Assembly (NCBI GenBank): GCA_964627095.1
Contig: CAZVKH010000002.1
Coordinates: 23,001 to 87,000, forward strand
Direction of reading: 5' to 3'
Source of the DNA: an uncultured Candidatus Saccharibacteria bacterium
GTDB lineage: Bacteria; Patescibacteriota; Saccharimonadia; Saccharimonadales; JAUPVS01
Length of the DNA stretch: 64,000 bases
In this document: in pieces, positions 20,051 through 29,146 of the stretch
Layout: each line of letters opens with the position of its first letter
Position numbering within the stretch: the stretch's first letter is position 1
Program-made: the position numbers and the translations under genes
The notes under the pieces: generated by a model
What the model saw: the letters and a program-made list of their open reading frames with translations, nothing else
Databases searched by the model: none
What the model was told of the DNA's origin: nothing

Positions 20051-20946
20051 CGAATAGTTAGTAGAGCATCGGGGATAATGCTAACTGTTGCCTGGGCATC
20101 GGCTGGCAGCATCATGACTTCGCCGTCCAAGTGGATATTTTCGTTTTGGGGCACGCCAAAGCTGTAGCTGGATTGCTGCGGTAGTTTTTTGAGTCCAAAG
20201 ATGAATAGCAAAATATTAAGAAGTATTCTGAACAGCCAAAATTGCGCGCGATGCGGCTGGGCGTAAACTCTAAACGAGCCATTATTAACGTCACTCTTGT
20301 TGCCCACTCGTAGCACCTTGGACATGTGCGGAACGTTGGCAAAGACTAGGCTATCATAACGACGCACTCGGCCATCAGCATTGGTGATGGCTACCGGGTG
20401 GAAAGTAAAAATCGAACGAGCCACAATCATTATCTCTTTAATTGGACCAAGCTCTTCTTTATTTAGTAACGAAGCAGCATGGGCAGTTAAGCCAACACCC
20501 ATGTAAGAATGCGCATAGCGGCGCCGCGTGCCTCCGCCTTTGTTAATCTTGAGTTCCAGTAAATCCATCGGGCTGGGATCGGTATGTAAAATGGCCCAGG
20601 TTAAGGGGCGTTTACGGACGCTACGGCGGTGATCGTTGGCATTGCCACTGGGCAAGATGGCGCAAACTGGCTTGGCTTGGGGGTTGGCTTGTTTGCCGCG
20701 CATGACGCCATTAACAACTTCGTTATAACCGCCGTCGCCACTGGCCGAAATAATTAAGGGGTGCTTAAGGTCTTTGGTGGCCTGGTAGGCCAGGGTTTCG
20801 GCATGTCCGGCATAGTCGGTGGCCTGAACGGTCACTTTTAAATCACGCTTACGCAAGCGCTCGGCCATGCGACTGGCCTTTTGTTCGGCCTGCCCGCTGG
20901 TACTCATGGGATTGTAGATAATTAAGATATCAGAGTAACGCGACAT
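20047..20946 (-). CDS. diacylglycerol/lipid kinase family protein (YegS/DAGK catalytic domain)
   Basis: IIYNPMSTSGQA N-terminus and SASGDGGYNEVVNG catalytic loop. Confidence 0.8.
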   Translation of the reverse strand: MSRYSDILIIYNPMSTSGQAEQKASRMAERLRKRDLKVTVQATDYAGHAETLAYQATKDLKHPLIISASGDGGYNEVVNGVMRGKQANPQAKPVCAILPSGNANDHRRSVRKRPLTWAILHTDPSPMDLLELKINKGGGTRRRYAHSYMGVGLTAHAASLLNKEELGPIKEIMIVARSIFTFHPVAITNADGRVRRYDSLVFANVPHMSKVLRVGNKSDVNNGSFRVYAQPHRAQFWLFRILLNILLFIFGLKKLPQQSSYSFGVPQNENIHLDGEVMMLPADAQATVSIIPDALLTIR

Positions 20947-21084
20947 GCTTACTAGTATACGTGCTTATATGGGCTTGCAAAGCCTTAGCGATGCGCTTAT
21001 GCTAAAAGCAGGAAGTGAGAGACTTCCACTCAGACCTCGGCAGTAGCCGGGGTCTATTAGGCTAAATTGGAGTACAATAAAGTT

Positions 21085-22152
21085 ATGGAATTTGCCGTTG
21101 CAGCCTTGGGGGTAGTCGTGCTGGGTCTGGTGGCCTACATTGTGGTTTTGTCGCGCAAGCCAGCCGGTCCGTCGACCGATGCCACCAGCTTACTCAAGCA
21201 AGACATGACGGCACTTAATGATGGCTTGCAAAAGCTTAATGATGGCCTAAAAGACCACCTAACGACTCGCCTCGACAAAAATCAGGAACAGATGAATCAA
21301 CAGTTCAAGGCCAGTGCCGCCATCATCCGCGACGTTACCCAAAAACTGACTGAGCTAGACCGTACTAACAAGCAAGTCGGCGATATCGCCACCGAACTTA
21401 AAAGCCTGCAGAACGTGCTGCAAAATCCCAAGCAACGCGGTGTCTTGGGCGAATTCTACCTAGAACAAATTCTGCAGAATCTGCTGCCACCGGGTTCTTA
21501 TACCCTGCAGTACAAACTGTCCGAGGGTAATATTGTTGACGCCGTCATTCATTTAGATGGCAAGGTTTTGCCGATCGACAGCAAGTTCAGCTTAGAAAAC
21601 TACAATCGCTTAATTGATGCCACGCCCGAAACACGACCGGCTCTAGAAAAGGCTTTTAAAGAAGACCTTAAGAAGCGCATCGACGAAACCAGCAAGTATA
21701 TTTTGCCCAAGAAGGGCACCCTGGATCAGGCGCTGATGTTTATACCTAGTGAGGCCATCTACTATGACCTGTTGGCTAACAAGGTTGGTGCGGCTGGCGT
21801 CAGTGGTCGTGACCTAATGCAGTATGCGGCCGTCGACAAGCATGTTTCGATTGTTGGCCCTAGTACACTGTCGGCCATGTTGCAGGTGATTGTGCAGGGC
21901 TTAAAGAGTATGGAAATTCAGAAGGATACCGAGGTGATTCGCAAGAATATCGAGCAGTTGCAGAAGCATCTGCTGGCCTACGACGGCCACTTTAAGCGCG
22001 TTGGTAACTCGCTGGGTGCCACCGTTAATCACTACAATAGTGCCAGCAAAGAACTCGGTCGGATCGACAAAGACATCGTTAAAATTAGTGGTGTTGGTGA
22101 GTCGGTGGTCGAGCCGTTGTTACTGGAACGACCTAGTTCGGACGACGACTAG
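21085..22152 (+). CDS. rmuC: DNA recombination protein RmuC
   Basis: N-terminal TM, coiled coil, RGVLGEFYLEQIL and C-terminal nuclease-like region typical of RmuC. Confidence 0.8.
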   Translation: MEFAVAALGVVVLGLVAYIVVLSRKPAGPSTDATSLLKQDMTALNDGLQKLNDGLKDHLTTRLDKNQEQMNQQFKASAAIIRDVTQKLTELDRTNKQVGDIATELKSLQNVLQNPKQRGVLGEFYLEQILQNLLPPGSYTLQYKLSEGNIVDAVIHLDGKVLPIDSKFSLENYNRLIDATPETRPALEKAFKEDLKKRIDETSKYILPKKGTLDQALMFIPSEAIYYDLLANKVGAAGVSGRDLMQYAAVDKHVSIVGPSTLSAMLQVIVQGLKSMEIQKDTEVIRKNIEQLQKHLLAYDGHFKRVGNSLGATVNHYNSASKELGRIDKDIVKISGVGESVVEPLLLERPSSDDD

Positions 22153-23468
22153 CTTAAGAAGTCGATGATCATGGCGGCCGTCCAACTAAAGTTGTCGGTG
22201 CCAGCTGGTGTGGCGTCGAGCGGCGAAAAGTATTCGTAAAAGCCACTCTTGGTGACCATATCGATGGAACGCTCGCGGATGTGGGCGGCTTCTTCTTTAT
22301 AACCGTAACGTTCCAGGCCATCGGCTAGCAACCAGTTGGTGTTGAGCCAGGTAGGGCCTTGCCAGTACATCATCGGGTGGAACCAGTCCGAGTTAGTCGG
22401 CACCGTCGGCACTGGAAATTTAGTTTTGTAGGGTTTAGAATTTAGAATCTTCACTAGTTCGGCCGCTTTTTCTTTACTAACACAGCCAGCGTACAACGGC
22501 ATTAAACCGGCTAAGGTGGGAAGCTTAATTAGTTTTTGGGTGGCGTAGTTGCGTGAATAATAGTTGCCGGTCTGTTCGTCCCACAATTCGTCGATGGCTT
22601 GGTCGGACTGGCGCATGCGCTTATCGAGCTCATCGGGAATGTCGTGACCAATGGTGCGGGCAATGTAGCGCAGGTGCTGGTTGGCGCGCACAAAAATGCA
22701 GTTAAAGGTCAGGTCTTCGATAGTCAGCATGTTGTGCGTTAGGATGCGGTTAATGTCGTAGGCTTTGCGGCGCAAGCGGCGTTGGATGCTATACAGCGTA
22801 AAGACGTCGATGGTGCTCATGCGCTGCTCAACCGACGATGCTAAAAAGTGGACATCACGGCGAAAAACGGTAAAGACCTTGTCGAGCCGAAGGGTATGAA
22901 TGGTATTAATCCAGAAGGGCAGGCGGTGCTGGTGGAGTTCGTCGATCCAGGGTGGCGTGTTGTCGAGGCCGGTTTCCCACGAATGGACTTGTAGGGTGAG
23001 GCCGGTGTGATGTGGGTCACGATCGTTGTAGAGCCACTGATGATACTTAAGTAGCGCCGGGTAGGTTTTGGCGAACCAGGTGCGACGGGCTGGCTTAGGT
23101 AGTTGCTTGCCAATTTTAACGATCGCTTCGGCCAGCATTGGTGGTTGGGTGATGCCGCTGGTGGCGACTTTGTCGGGGGCAAACGGTGAGATGTAGCTGC
23201 GCCAGAACTCGCGGTCGGCGCGGTGCGTAAAATCTTTGTTGAGGATCATGCTGGGTAGCATGCCGTTGGCCCACTGGCCACGTAACAGGCTAAGAATCTC
23301 TTGTTGGGCACGCTTAACATCGTAATTGGCCATACCAATTGCCACAAAACAACTGTCCCACAGCCACTGGTGCGGGTATAATCCATGCGCCGGAATGGTG
23401 TACTGGCCGTCGTGGTCGTTGTTAGCTAAGACCGTTTTGGCGGCTTGTAAGATCTCTGCGGGCTCCAT
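22149..23468 (-). CDS. (alpha/alpha)6-barrel glycoside hydrolase, GH63/MGH1-like
   Basis: YPHQWLWDSCF and YWQGPTWLNTNW motifs resemble glucosylglycerate/mannosylglycerate hydrolase or trehalase-like enzymes. Confidence 0.6.
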   Translation of the reverse strand: MEPAEILQAAKTVLANNDHDGQYTIPAHGLYPHQWLWDSCFVAIGMANYDVKRAQQEILSLLRGQWANGMLPSMILNKDFTHRADREFWRSYISPFAPDKVATSGITQPPMLAEAIVKIGKQLPKPARRTWFAKTYPALLKYHQWLYNDRDPHHTGLTLQVHSWETGLDNTPPWIDELHQHRLPFWINTIHTLRLDKVFTVFRRDVHFLASSVEQRMSTIDVFTLYSIQRRLRRKAYDINRILTHNMLTIEDLTFNCIFVRANQHLRYIARTIGHDIPDELDKRMRQSDQAIDELWDEQTGNYYSRNYATQKLIKLPTLAGLMPLYAGCVSKEKAAELVKILNSKPYKTKFPVPTVPTNSDWFHPMMYWQGPTWLNTNWLLADGLERYGYKEEAAHIRERSIDMVTKSGFYEYFSPLDATPAGTDNFSWTAAMIIDFLS

Positions 23469-24874
23469 GCAGGTAGTATACCGCTTACGTTCGGATTGTG
23501 GGTAGGTTTTTGATGCTCCACAAAAATCCGATCCTTAGCCGCCATCGGTGCAAAACCAATACCACCCAGCGGTTCGCCAGTTACAGGGTGCTCGTATTCG
23601 GCTTTAAAGGGTTCGGCTGGCCGGGTTAAGTCTTGATGCCTAAAAGCGGCGGCTAGTTTGTGGCGCCCTTGTACAACCTGGCCTTGTTCAATCAGGTCAG
23701 CCGCAAATGCCCACTTAGAACCACCCCAATAAACGCCTGGCATAAAATACGGCGAGTCAAACGGAACACTCGAGTAGCTACCGTCAAATTTATTCGGATT
23801 GCGCAGGTCGGCCAGAATGGCGGCGACGTGATGAGCCGGAATATCATTTAGCAGCGGGAACAGACTGGCCACAGTCTGGATAGGAATTAGCTCGCCGGTG
23901 CGGGCATCTTTGCTGTAGTAGGTCATAGTGCTTTTGTCCCAAAGTTGTTCCGGTATGGCGCGCTGCTGCATATACATGCGCATCTGCAGATCTTCATCAA
24001 TAGCGTAGTCGGGATCATCAATTTGTAGAGCCATTGACTCTAGCGCCGTGCTGGCACTTCCCAGGACGGCGTTAAAACCGACATCTTTAATTAAGACAAT
24101 TCTTGGGTCAAGTCGGGCGCCCTCTAGTTCGTAATTACATTTGCTCAAGGCACGGGTTTGCAAAAAGCAGGTTAGGATATTCATGTTGGAGGCGCGTTGT
24201 TCGAGTGGCACATGGCGGCCGTCGGTAAACAAGGTTCGGCCAACACCCACAGCAGCGGCGGCAACCCGTTGGGCAACCTGTCTGCTGGCTGGCATTTCGT
24301 GTTGCCAAGCTTGGTGCATCTTGGTGCTCCATGGAGGCGTATCATCCATACCAGACTCGTACGAGAGCAGTAAAACGGCTAGGTTATCTTGGGGGTCGAT
24401 TCGTTCGTGCAACAAAAAAGACAAGTAGCGCTTAAATTTAGGAAAGACATGTCGGTAGAATTGTTGCCGCTCGTCTTCGGGCAGGTACTGACCAACCTCG
24501 TAGGCGGCGTTGACGATGGTGGGCGGCTGGGTGATGTGGCTGGCCAGCGGTTTACCGTTTTCTGGTCGCCCAAACACCGGCGTTTTGATGAACGACATCT
24601 TATTACCAACCGCCAGCTCATTACCAATTTGACCTGTGCTGTGCTGACCGCTGGTAAAGCGAACGATGTTGCCGGCCGCTAGTTGGGGGTCTCGAAGAGC
24701 CTCCGCCCTAGCATGTAGCGCCAAATCCCACTCAAACATCGTATCGCCAAAAAGTTTAAGATGCGGCACCATAAGCTCGCTGCCGGGCAAGATGTTGGCG
24801 CGCAGTACTGCCATGCTGCGTTCCTCTATGTCGGCATAAAGTTGGGCGTGCTCGTCGGTTTGCTCCATTGCCAT
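23426..24874 (-). CDS. second (alpha/alpha)6-barrel glycoside-hydrolase-like protein (distant paralog)
   Basis: SYESGMDDTPPW and VYWGGSKWAFA motifs parallel the neighbour. Start set to ATG 24874, 9 nt after an extended -10. Confidence 0.55.
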   Translation of the reverse strand: MAMEQTDEHAQLYADIEERSMAVLRANILPGSELMVPHLKLFGDTMFEWDLALHARAEALRDPQLAAGNIVRFTSGQHSTGQIGNELAVGNKMSFIKTPVFGRPENGKPLASHITQPPTIVNAAYEVGQYLPEDERQQFYRHVFPKFKRYLSFLLHERIDPQDNLAVLLLSYESGMDDTPPWSTKMHQAWQHEMPASRQVAQRVAAAAVGVGRTLFTDGRHVPLEQRASNMNILTCFLQTRALSKCNYELEGARLDPRIVLIKDVGFNAVLGSASTALESMALQIDDPDYAIDEDLQMRMYMQQRAIPEQLWDKSTMTYYSKDARTGELIPIQTVASLFPLLNDIPAHHVAAILADLRNPNKFDGSYSSVPFDSPYFMPGVYWGGSKWAFAADLIEQGQVVQGRHKLAAAFRHQDLTRPAEPFKAEYEHPVTGEPLGGIGFAPMAAKDRIFVEHQKPTHNPNVSGILPAWSPQRSYKPPKRS

Positions 24875-24883
24875 AATGGTGGC

Positions 24884-24892
24884 ATTATACCA
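24884..24892 (-). promoter_or_regulatory. extended -10 (TGgTATAAT) for the GH operon
   Basis: Minus-strand tggtataat followed by gccaccatt and then ATG. Confidence 0.45.
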
Positions 24893-24927
24893 CTGTAAAA
24901 TGGTTACGTTTAGTTGTGTGCGTTGGC

Positions 24928-25115
24928 TGAACAAAATACGAATGGGTTTCCACGAGTGCGGTTAGGGTGCTCCACATATTTGACATGAATATTAAGAAAC
25001 ATAATTAAGTTAGTTAAGATTGTTATTAACTAAGTTAATTAAATCTTTTAATAATTAGCCTATTTTTGCGGAGGACCTTTTAGTTGTATGTAAATACCCA
25101 TTCGTATTTTGTTCA
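24928..25115. repeat. MITE-like foldback unit, copy A (20-bp perfect terminal inverted repeats)
   Basis: tgaacaaaatacgaatgggt (24928-24947) is the exact reverse complement of 25096-25115. Nt 24926-25078 are 153/153 identical to the reverse complement of 50308-50460. Confidence 0.85.
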
Positions 25116-25143
25116 CATACAAAGAATCAGAAGAAAACCAAGC

Positions 25144-25641
25144 CTAGCGGTAGTTGGTAAAGTTCACGGGGAAGTCAAAGTCGGCGGCGGTGATAAGTTG
25201 CATAACGGCCTGTAGGTCGTCTTTGCTGCCACTGACAACACGCACGACGTCGCCCTGGATCTGGGTCTTAACTTTGGGCAGCTCGTCGCGAATTAGCTTG
25301 GTAATCTTCTTGGTTTTTTCGGCGTCCAGGCCTTGCTGAAAGGGAACGTCTAAAGTGGTTTTTAGGTTAGCCACCACCGGTGTGCCAGAAACATCTAAAA
25401 TCTTTTGCGATTGGCCGCGGGTAGCCAGTTTTTTGCGCACAATGTCTAGGATAGCTTCGATCTGGTAGTCACTGTTGCCCACGACGCGCAAGCCGGTCTT
25501 CTCGGCGTTGAGCCAGTCCAGCTCGGCCGGCGTGCCTTTAAAGTCATAGCGGCTGCCGATTTCGCGCTGGGCTTGGTCAAAGACATTGTTCAGCTCGGCT
25601 TTGTCGTACTCGCTCGCGATATCAAAAGAAAATTGGGCCAT
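25144..25641 (-). CDS. yajQ: YajQ family nucleotide-binding protein (UPF0234)
   Basis: MAQFSFDIASEYDKAELNNVFDQAQREIGSRYDFKG, canonical YajQ N-terminus. Confidence 0.85.
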   Translation of the reverse strand: MAQFSFDIASEYDKAELNNVFDQAQREIGSRYDFKGTPAELDWLNAEKTGLRVVGNSDYQIEAILDIVRKKLATRGQSQKILDVSGTPVVANLKTTLDVPFQQGLDAEKTKKITKLIRDELPKVKTQIQGDVVRVVSGSKDDLQAVMQLITAADFDFPVNFTNYR

Positions 25642-25650
25642 AGCTACAGT

Positions 25651-26307
25651 TTAACCTAAAGTTGGCCGAAAATGGCTAGTGTATACGTATGTTTTTCGTC
25701 CGGGGCTACCGGTGCCGCCATGCATAGTTGGTGGTAAATTCATAAATACCACTGTATCGGTTTCGTTGGCGCGCACATGGCTGGCGCGGTGTGGAAGGTG
25801 ACGCATGTGATGTTGCGCCTCCAGATGGTGCCTGGCATGTGGGCTAAAAACATCTATCCGGGTGGTAGCAAGGCGGTAGTCAATTGAACCTTTTAGAGTA
25901 AGTGTTGCAGTCACCGGTCCGTACTTTGGAGTTACGCCTTGGACGGGGACTACTTGGTCAAGGTGATCATCTACCTCAACTGCTTGTGCCATACGGACAA
26001 ACGCAAGATCGTTTGGCGTGATCGTCTCGTCTAATGGTTTGCGCCGCCACCAATCCTGCATGGCTTGGTTGACTGGTTGTAAAAAGTCTAGTTCGGCGTC
26101 GGCAGCTGTTGCGGGTGAACCAGGCTGCAAAGCCAAATCGCGGCAATCTTCAACACTAACCGAACTGCGCAAAATCAGGCCAGCGTGCGGGCAGGGCGTC
26201 TGGGACATGTTCAAAAGTTCAAGGGTGGCCTCGTACATACGTTCAGGCGACGGCACACCGTCTACCATTGCATTCACATCTATTGGTGGTCTTTGCAAAA
26301 ATGCCAT
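25651..26307 (-). CDS. hypothetical protein (His-rich C-terminal third)
   Basis: 218-aa ORF, no family recognised. Confidence 0.45.
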   Translation of the reverse strand: MAFLQRPPIDVNAMVDGVPSPERMYEATLELLNMSQTPCPHAGLILRSSVSVEDCRDLALQPGSPATAADAELDFLQPVNQAMQDWWRRKPLDETITPNDLAFVRMAQAVEVDDHLDQVVPVQGVTPKYGPVTATLTLKGSIDYRLATTRIDVFSPHARHHLEAQHHMRHLPHRASHVRANETDTVVFMNLPPTMHGGTGSPGRKTYVYTSHFRPTLG

Positions 26308-26347
26308 GTAATAAGTTTAGCAAAGGTTCGACCATTCTTCCAGAGGT

Positions 26348-26356
26348 TGGTATAAT
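26348..26356 (+). promoter_or_regulatory. extended -10 (TGgTATAAT) 9 nt before pheS ATG
   Basis: ttggtataat-actgccaag-ATG. Confidence 0.45.
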
Positions 26357-26365
26357 ACTGCCAAG

Positions 26366-27400
26366 ATGAGCTACACCAATAAAAAGATTGCTGATACAGC
26401 GGTAGTGCTGACCAAGCGCCTCGAAACCCTTAAAGACAAAACCAGTATTCTGCGGGCCACCGAACTCAAGGCGCTATATGCTGAACTGCCACTGTTACCC
26501 AACGACCAAAAAGCGGCTTTTGGTAAGGAGATTAACCAGCTCAAGGCCGAGCTGCAAAAACTGGTTGATGCCGAGCAGCAAGAAGCCGAAAAACTGCCAC
26601 CAATTGACGTGACGGCACCATTTGATGTTAACGTCGGCAGCAACAAACCACGCTTGCTTAGCGCCGAGCAAGGTTCACGTCACCCATTGATGGTGGAATT
26701 AGACAAAGTTGTTGATATCTTTGGCCGGATGGGCTTTGTGCATATGGAGTCGCGTCAACTCGACGACGAGTACCACATGTTTGATAGTTTGAACTTCCCG
26801 AAAGGCCACCCGGCTCGTGATGACTACGACACCTTTATGACCACCGAGGGCTTAATTGCGCCGGCCCATGCGAGCGTTATGCAAAACCGTCTGCAAAAAA
26901 AGTACAAGCCAAATCTGGCAAAGGGCCAGCCAATTGCCGTGGTCTATACTGGCAGGACCTTCCGCAACGAAGATGTTGATGCCCGCCACGAGCATACCTT
27001 TTACCAGGTAGAAATTAGCTATATAGGTAAGAATGTCACTGCCGGTAACCTGGTCGCCACCTTCAAGACCTTCCTAGAAGAGTACTACCAGCAAGAGCTC
27101 GAAGTGCGTACTCAACCGTTTTACTTTCCATTTACTGAACCAAGTTTTGAAATGGCGCTGAGTTGTCCATTCTGTAAGAAGAAGGGTTGCCAAGTTTGTT
27201 CGCAATCCGGTTGGATCGAACTACTTGGTTGCGGCATGATCCACCCCAATGTTTTGAAGATGGGCGGCATCGACCCCAAAGAATATTCCGGCTTCGCTGG
27301 CGGCCTCGGTTTAGACAGACTAGTTATGATGAAATACGGCATCGAAGACGTCCGCCACAGTGAAAGCGGCAAACTAGAATTTTTGAGGCAGTTTAAATGA
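26366..27400 (+). CDS. pheS: phenylalanine--tRNA ligase alpha subunit
   Basis: Class II aaRS motifs (HPARD, FRNE, GFAGGLGLDRL). Confidence 0.95.
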   Translation: MSYTNKKIADTAVVLTKRLETLKDKTSILRATELKALYAELPLLPNDQKAAFGKEINQLKAELQKLVDAEQQEAEKLPPIDVTAPFDVNVGSNKPRLLSAEQGSRHPLMVELDKVVDIFGRMGFVHMESRQLDDEYHMFDSLNFPKGHPARDDYDTFMTTEGLIAPAHASVMQNRLQKKYKPNLAKGQPIAVVYTGRTFRNEDVDARHEHTFYQVEISYIGKNVTAGNLVATFKTFLEEYYQQELEVRTQPFYFPFTEPSFEMALSCPFCKKKGCQVCSQSGWIELLGCGMIHPNVLKMGGIDPKEYSGFAGGLGLDRLVMMKYGIEDVRHSESGKLEFLRQFK

Positions 27401-28011
27401 GAATTTTAGTATTTGGTGACAGCATTGTTTATGGCTCCTGGGACAGCCAAGGTGGCTGGGTTGAACGGCTCAAAAAAGTCGCTCATGCCAAAACCCTCCA
27501 AAGCCAAGGCGAGCAAAAAACCCAGGTACTGAATTTAGGCATTGGCGGCGACACCAGCACCAAGATTCTTAAACGACTCGATGCCGAAATAACCGCTCGG
27601 TTTTCGCCCAGCTGGCCATTTGCTTTTGTATTCAGTTTTGGCGCTAACGACGAACGCACAATCCAAGGCAAGCCAGAAACTAGCCTAGAAGAATTCAAAC
27701 AAAACGCCCAGGCCATAATTGATATTGCCAAAAAACACAGCCAAGCAATTTTGTTCGTGGCCGCACCGCCCCTAAGCCAGCCTGAGGTGATGTTTAAAGG
27801 CGTAGAATACTCCGACGAACGAATCGTTGAATACCAAGACGCCTTGCAGGAAATAGTTGAAGCGGCCGGCATTAAATTTGTCGATGTGCGCGAAGCGTTA
27901 GAAGCCGCCGAGGACAACATTTTTAGTTACGACGGACTGCACCCCAACGACCTGGGACACCAGATTATCGCCGAGGTAGTTGGCCCAGAGCTTGAGGAGC
28001 TAACAAAATGA
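27397..28011 (+). CDS. SGNH/GDSL hydrolase
   Basis: Blocks I FGDSIVYG, II GIGGDT, III GANDE, V DGLHPN. Confidence 0.8.
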   Translation: MRILVFGDSIVYGSWDSQGGWVERLKKVAHAKTLQSQGEQKTQVLNLGIGGDTSTKILKRLDAEITARFSPSWPFAFVFSFGANDERTIQGKPETSLEEFKQNAQAIIDIAKKHSQAILFVAAPPLSQPEVMFKGVEYSDERIVEYQDALQEIVEAAGIKFVDVREALEAAEDNIFSYDGLHPNDLGHQIIAEVVGPELEELTK

Positions 28012-28478
28012 GCATGGATACCGAACAAATCATTCGTGAATATATTGGCAAGTCGGTTCATATGTCGCTGGCGACGGTTAGCGGCGACCAGCCGTGGGTG
28101 TGCGAGGTGCATTGTGCCTACGATGATGATTTAAACCTGTACTTCCGTTCTAGTCCCAGGCGTCGACACAGCCAAGAGATTGCCGCTAACCCTAAGGTCG
28201 CTGGCAACATTGTGGGCCAACATGCGCTGGGCGAAGACCCGCATGGCATTTATTACGAAGGCACGGCCGAAATACTGACTACCAACGAACAACGCCAAGC
28301 GGCGCTGCCGTTCTTTATCAAATGCCTGGGCAAGAGTGACGGTATTTTGGAAGAAGCTCAGGACCCCAACAACACCCAGTTCTACAAGATTACGGTTAAA
28401 AACTGGTACGCCTTTGGCAAGTTCGGTGACGCCGAAAACTCCAAGCGACAGTTAGTCTGGAATGGAGGCGCAAAATGA
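28008..28478 (+). CDS. pyridoxamine 5'-phosphate oxidase-like (FMN-binding split barrel) protein
   Basis: MSLATVSGDQPWVCEVH...LYFRSSPRRRHSQEI pattern typical of the PNPOx-like family. Confidence 0.6.
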   Translation: MSMDTEQIIREYIGKSVHMSLATVSGDQPWVCEVHCAYDDDLNLYFRSSPRRRHSQEIAANPKVAGNIVGQHALGEDPHGIYYEGTAEILTTNEQRQAALPFFIKCLGKSDGILEEAQDPNNTQFYKITVKNWYAFGKFGDAENSKRQLVWNGGAK

Positions 28479-29146
28479 TTGTCATAACTGGTGCCAGTGA
28501 CGGCTTAGGTCACGAGATTGCAAAACTTTATAAGGCCAGCGGCAAGACGGTGGTGAATATTTCGCGTGGTGAATGTAGCGTGGCCGACCATAATTTGGTG
28601 TACGACCTTTCCAAGGGCGATCAAATAGCGGCGGCGGTGCAAGCCGTGCTGGCGTTGGGCGAACCGCTCGAGGTACTCATTAACTGCGTTGGAATTTGGA
28701 GTGAAGAACCAATCGGCCAGATGACCGAACAGGTCACCCAACAAGTCTTGGATGTTAATGCCAAGGCACCGATGATGGTCATTGCCGGCCTAATGGAGCG
28801 CATTCGCCAGGACGGCACAGACATATTAAATGTCGTTTCAACGGCCGGACTCAAGGGCAACAAGAACCATGCTGCCTACGTGGCATCTAAGTGGGCCGAA
28901 CGTGGCTTTACCGACTCGGTTCGTGAAGAGTTGCACGACACGCCATCGCGCGTAATCGGCTTTTACCCGGGCGGTATGAAGACTAAGTTATTCGCCAAAG
29001 ACCTGGGCAAAGACATTACCGACAACGGTACCTACTGGATGGACCCCGCCGCCGTAGCAGTGTGCGTTAAGCAGATACTAGACCTACCTAAGGGAATTGA
29101 AGTCAGCGAGATTACCTTGAACCGGAAAAAGGGTTATAAGGGATGA
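28475..29146 (+). CDS. short-chain dehydrogenase/reductase (SDR)
   Basis: ITGASDGLG cofactor motif and YVASKWA catalytic YxxxK. Confidence 0.8.
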   Translation: MIVITGASDGLGHEIAKLYKASGKTVVNISRGECSVADHNLVYDLSKGDQIAAAVQAVLALGEPLEVLINCVGIWSEEPIGQMTEQVTQQVLDVNAKAPMMVIAGLMERIRQDGTDILNVVSTAGLKGNKNHAAYVASKWAERGFTDSVREELHDTPSRVIGFYPGGMKTKLFAKDLGKDITDNGTYWMDPAAVAVCVKQILDLPKGIEVSEITLNRKKGYKG

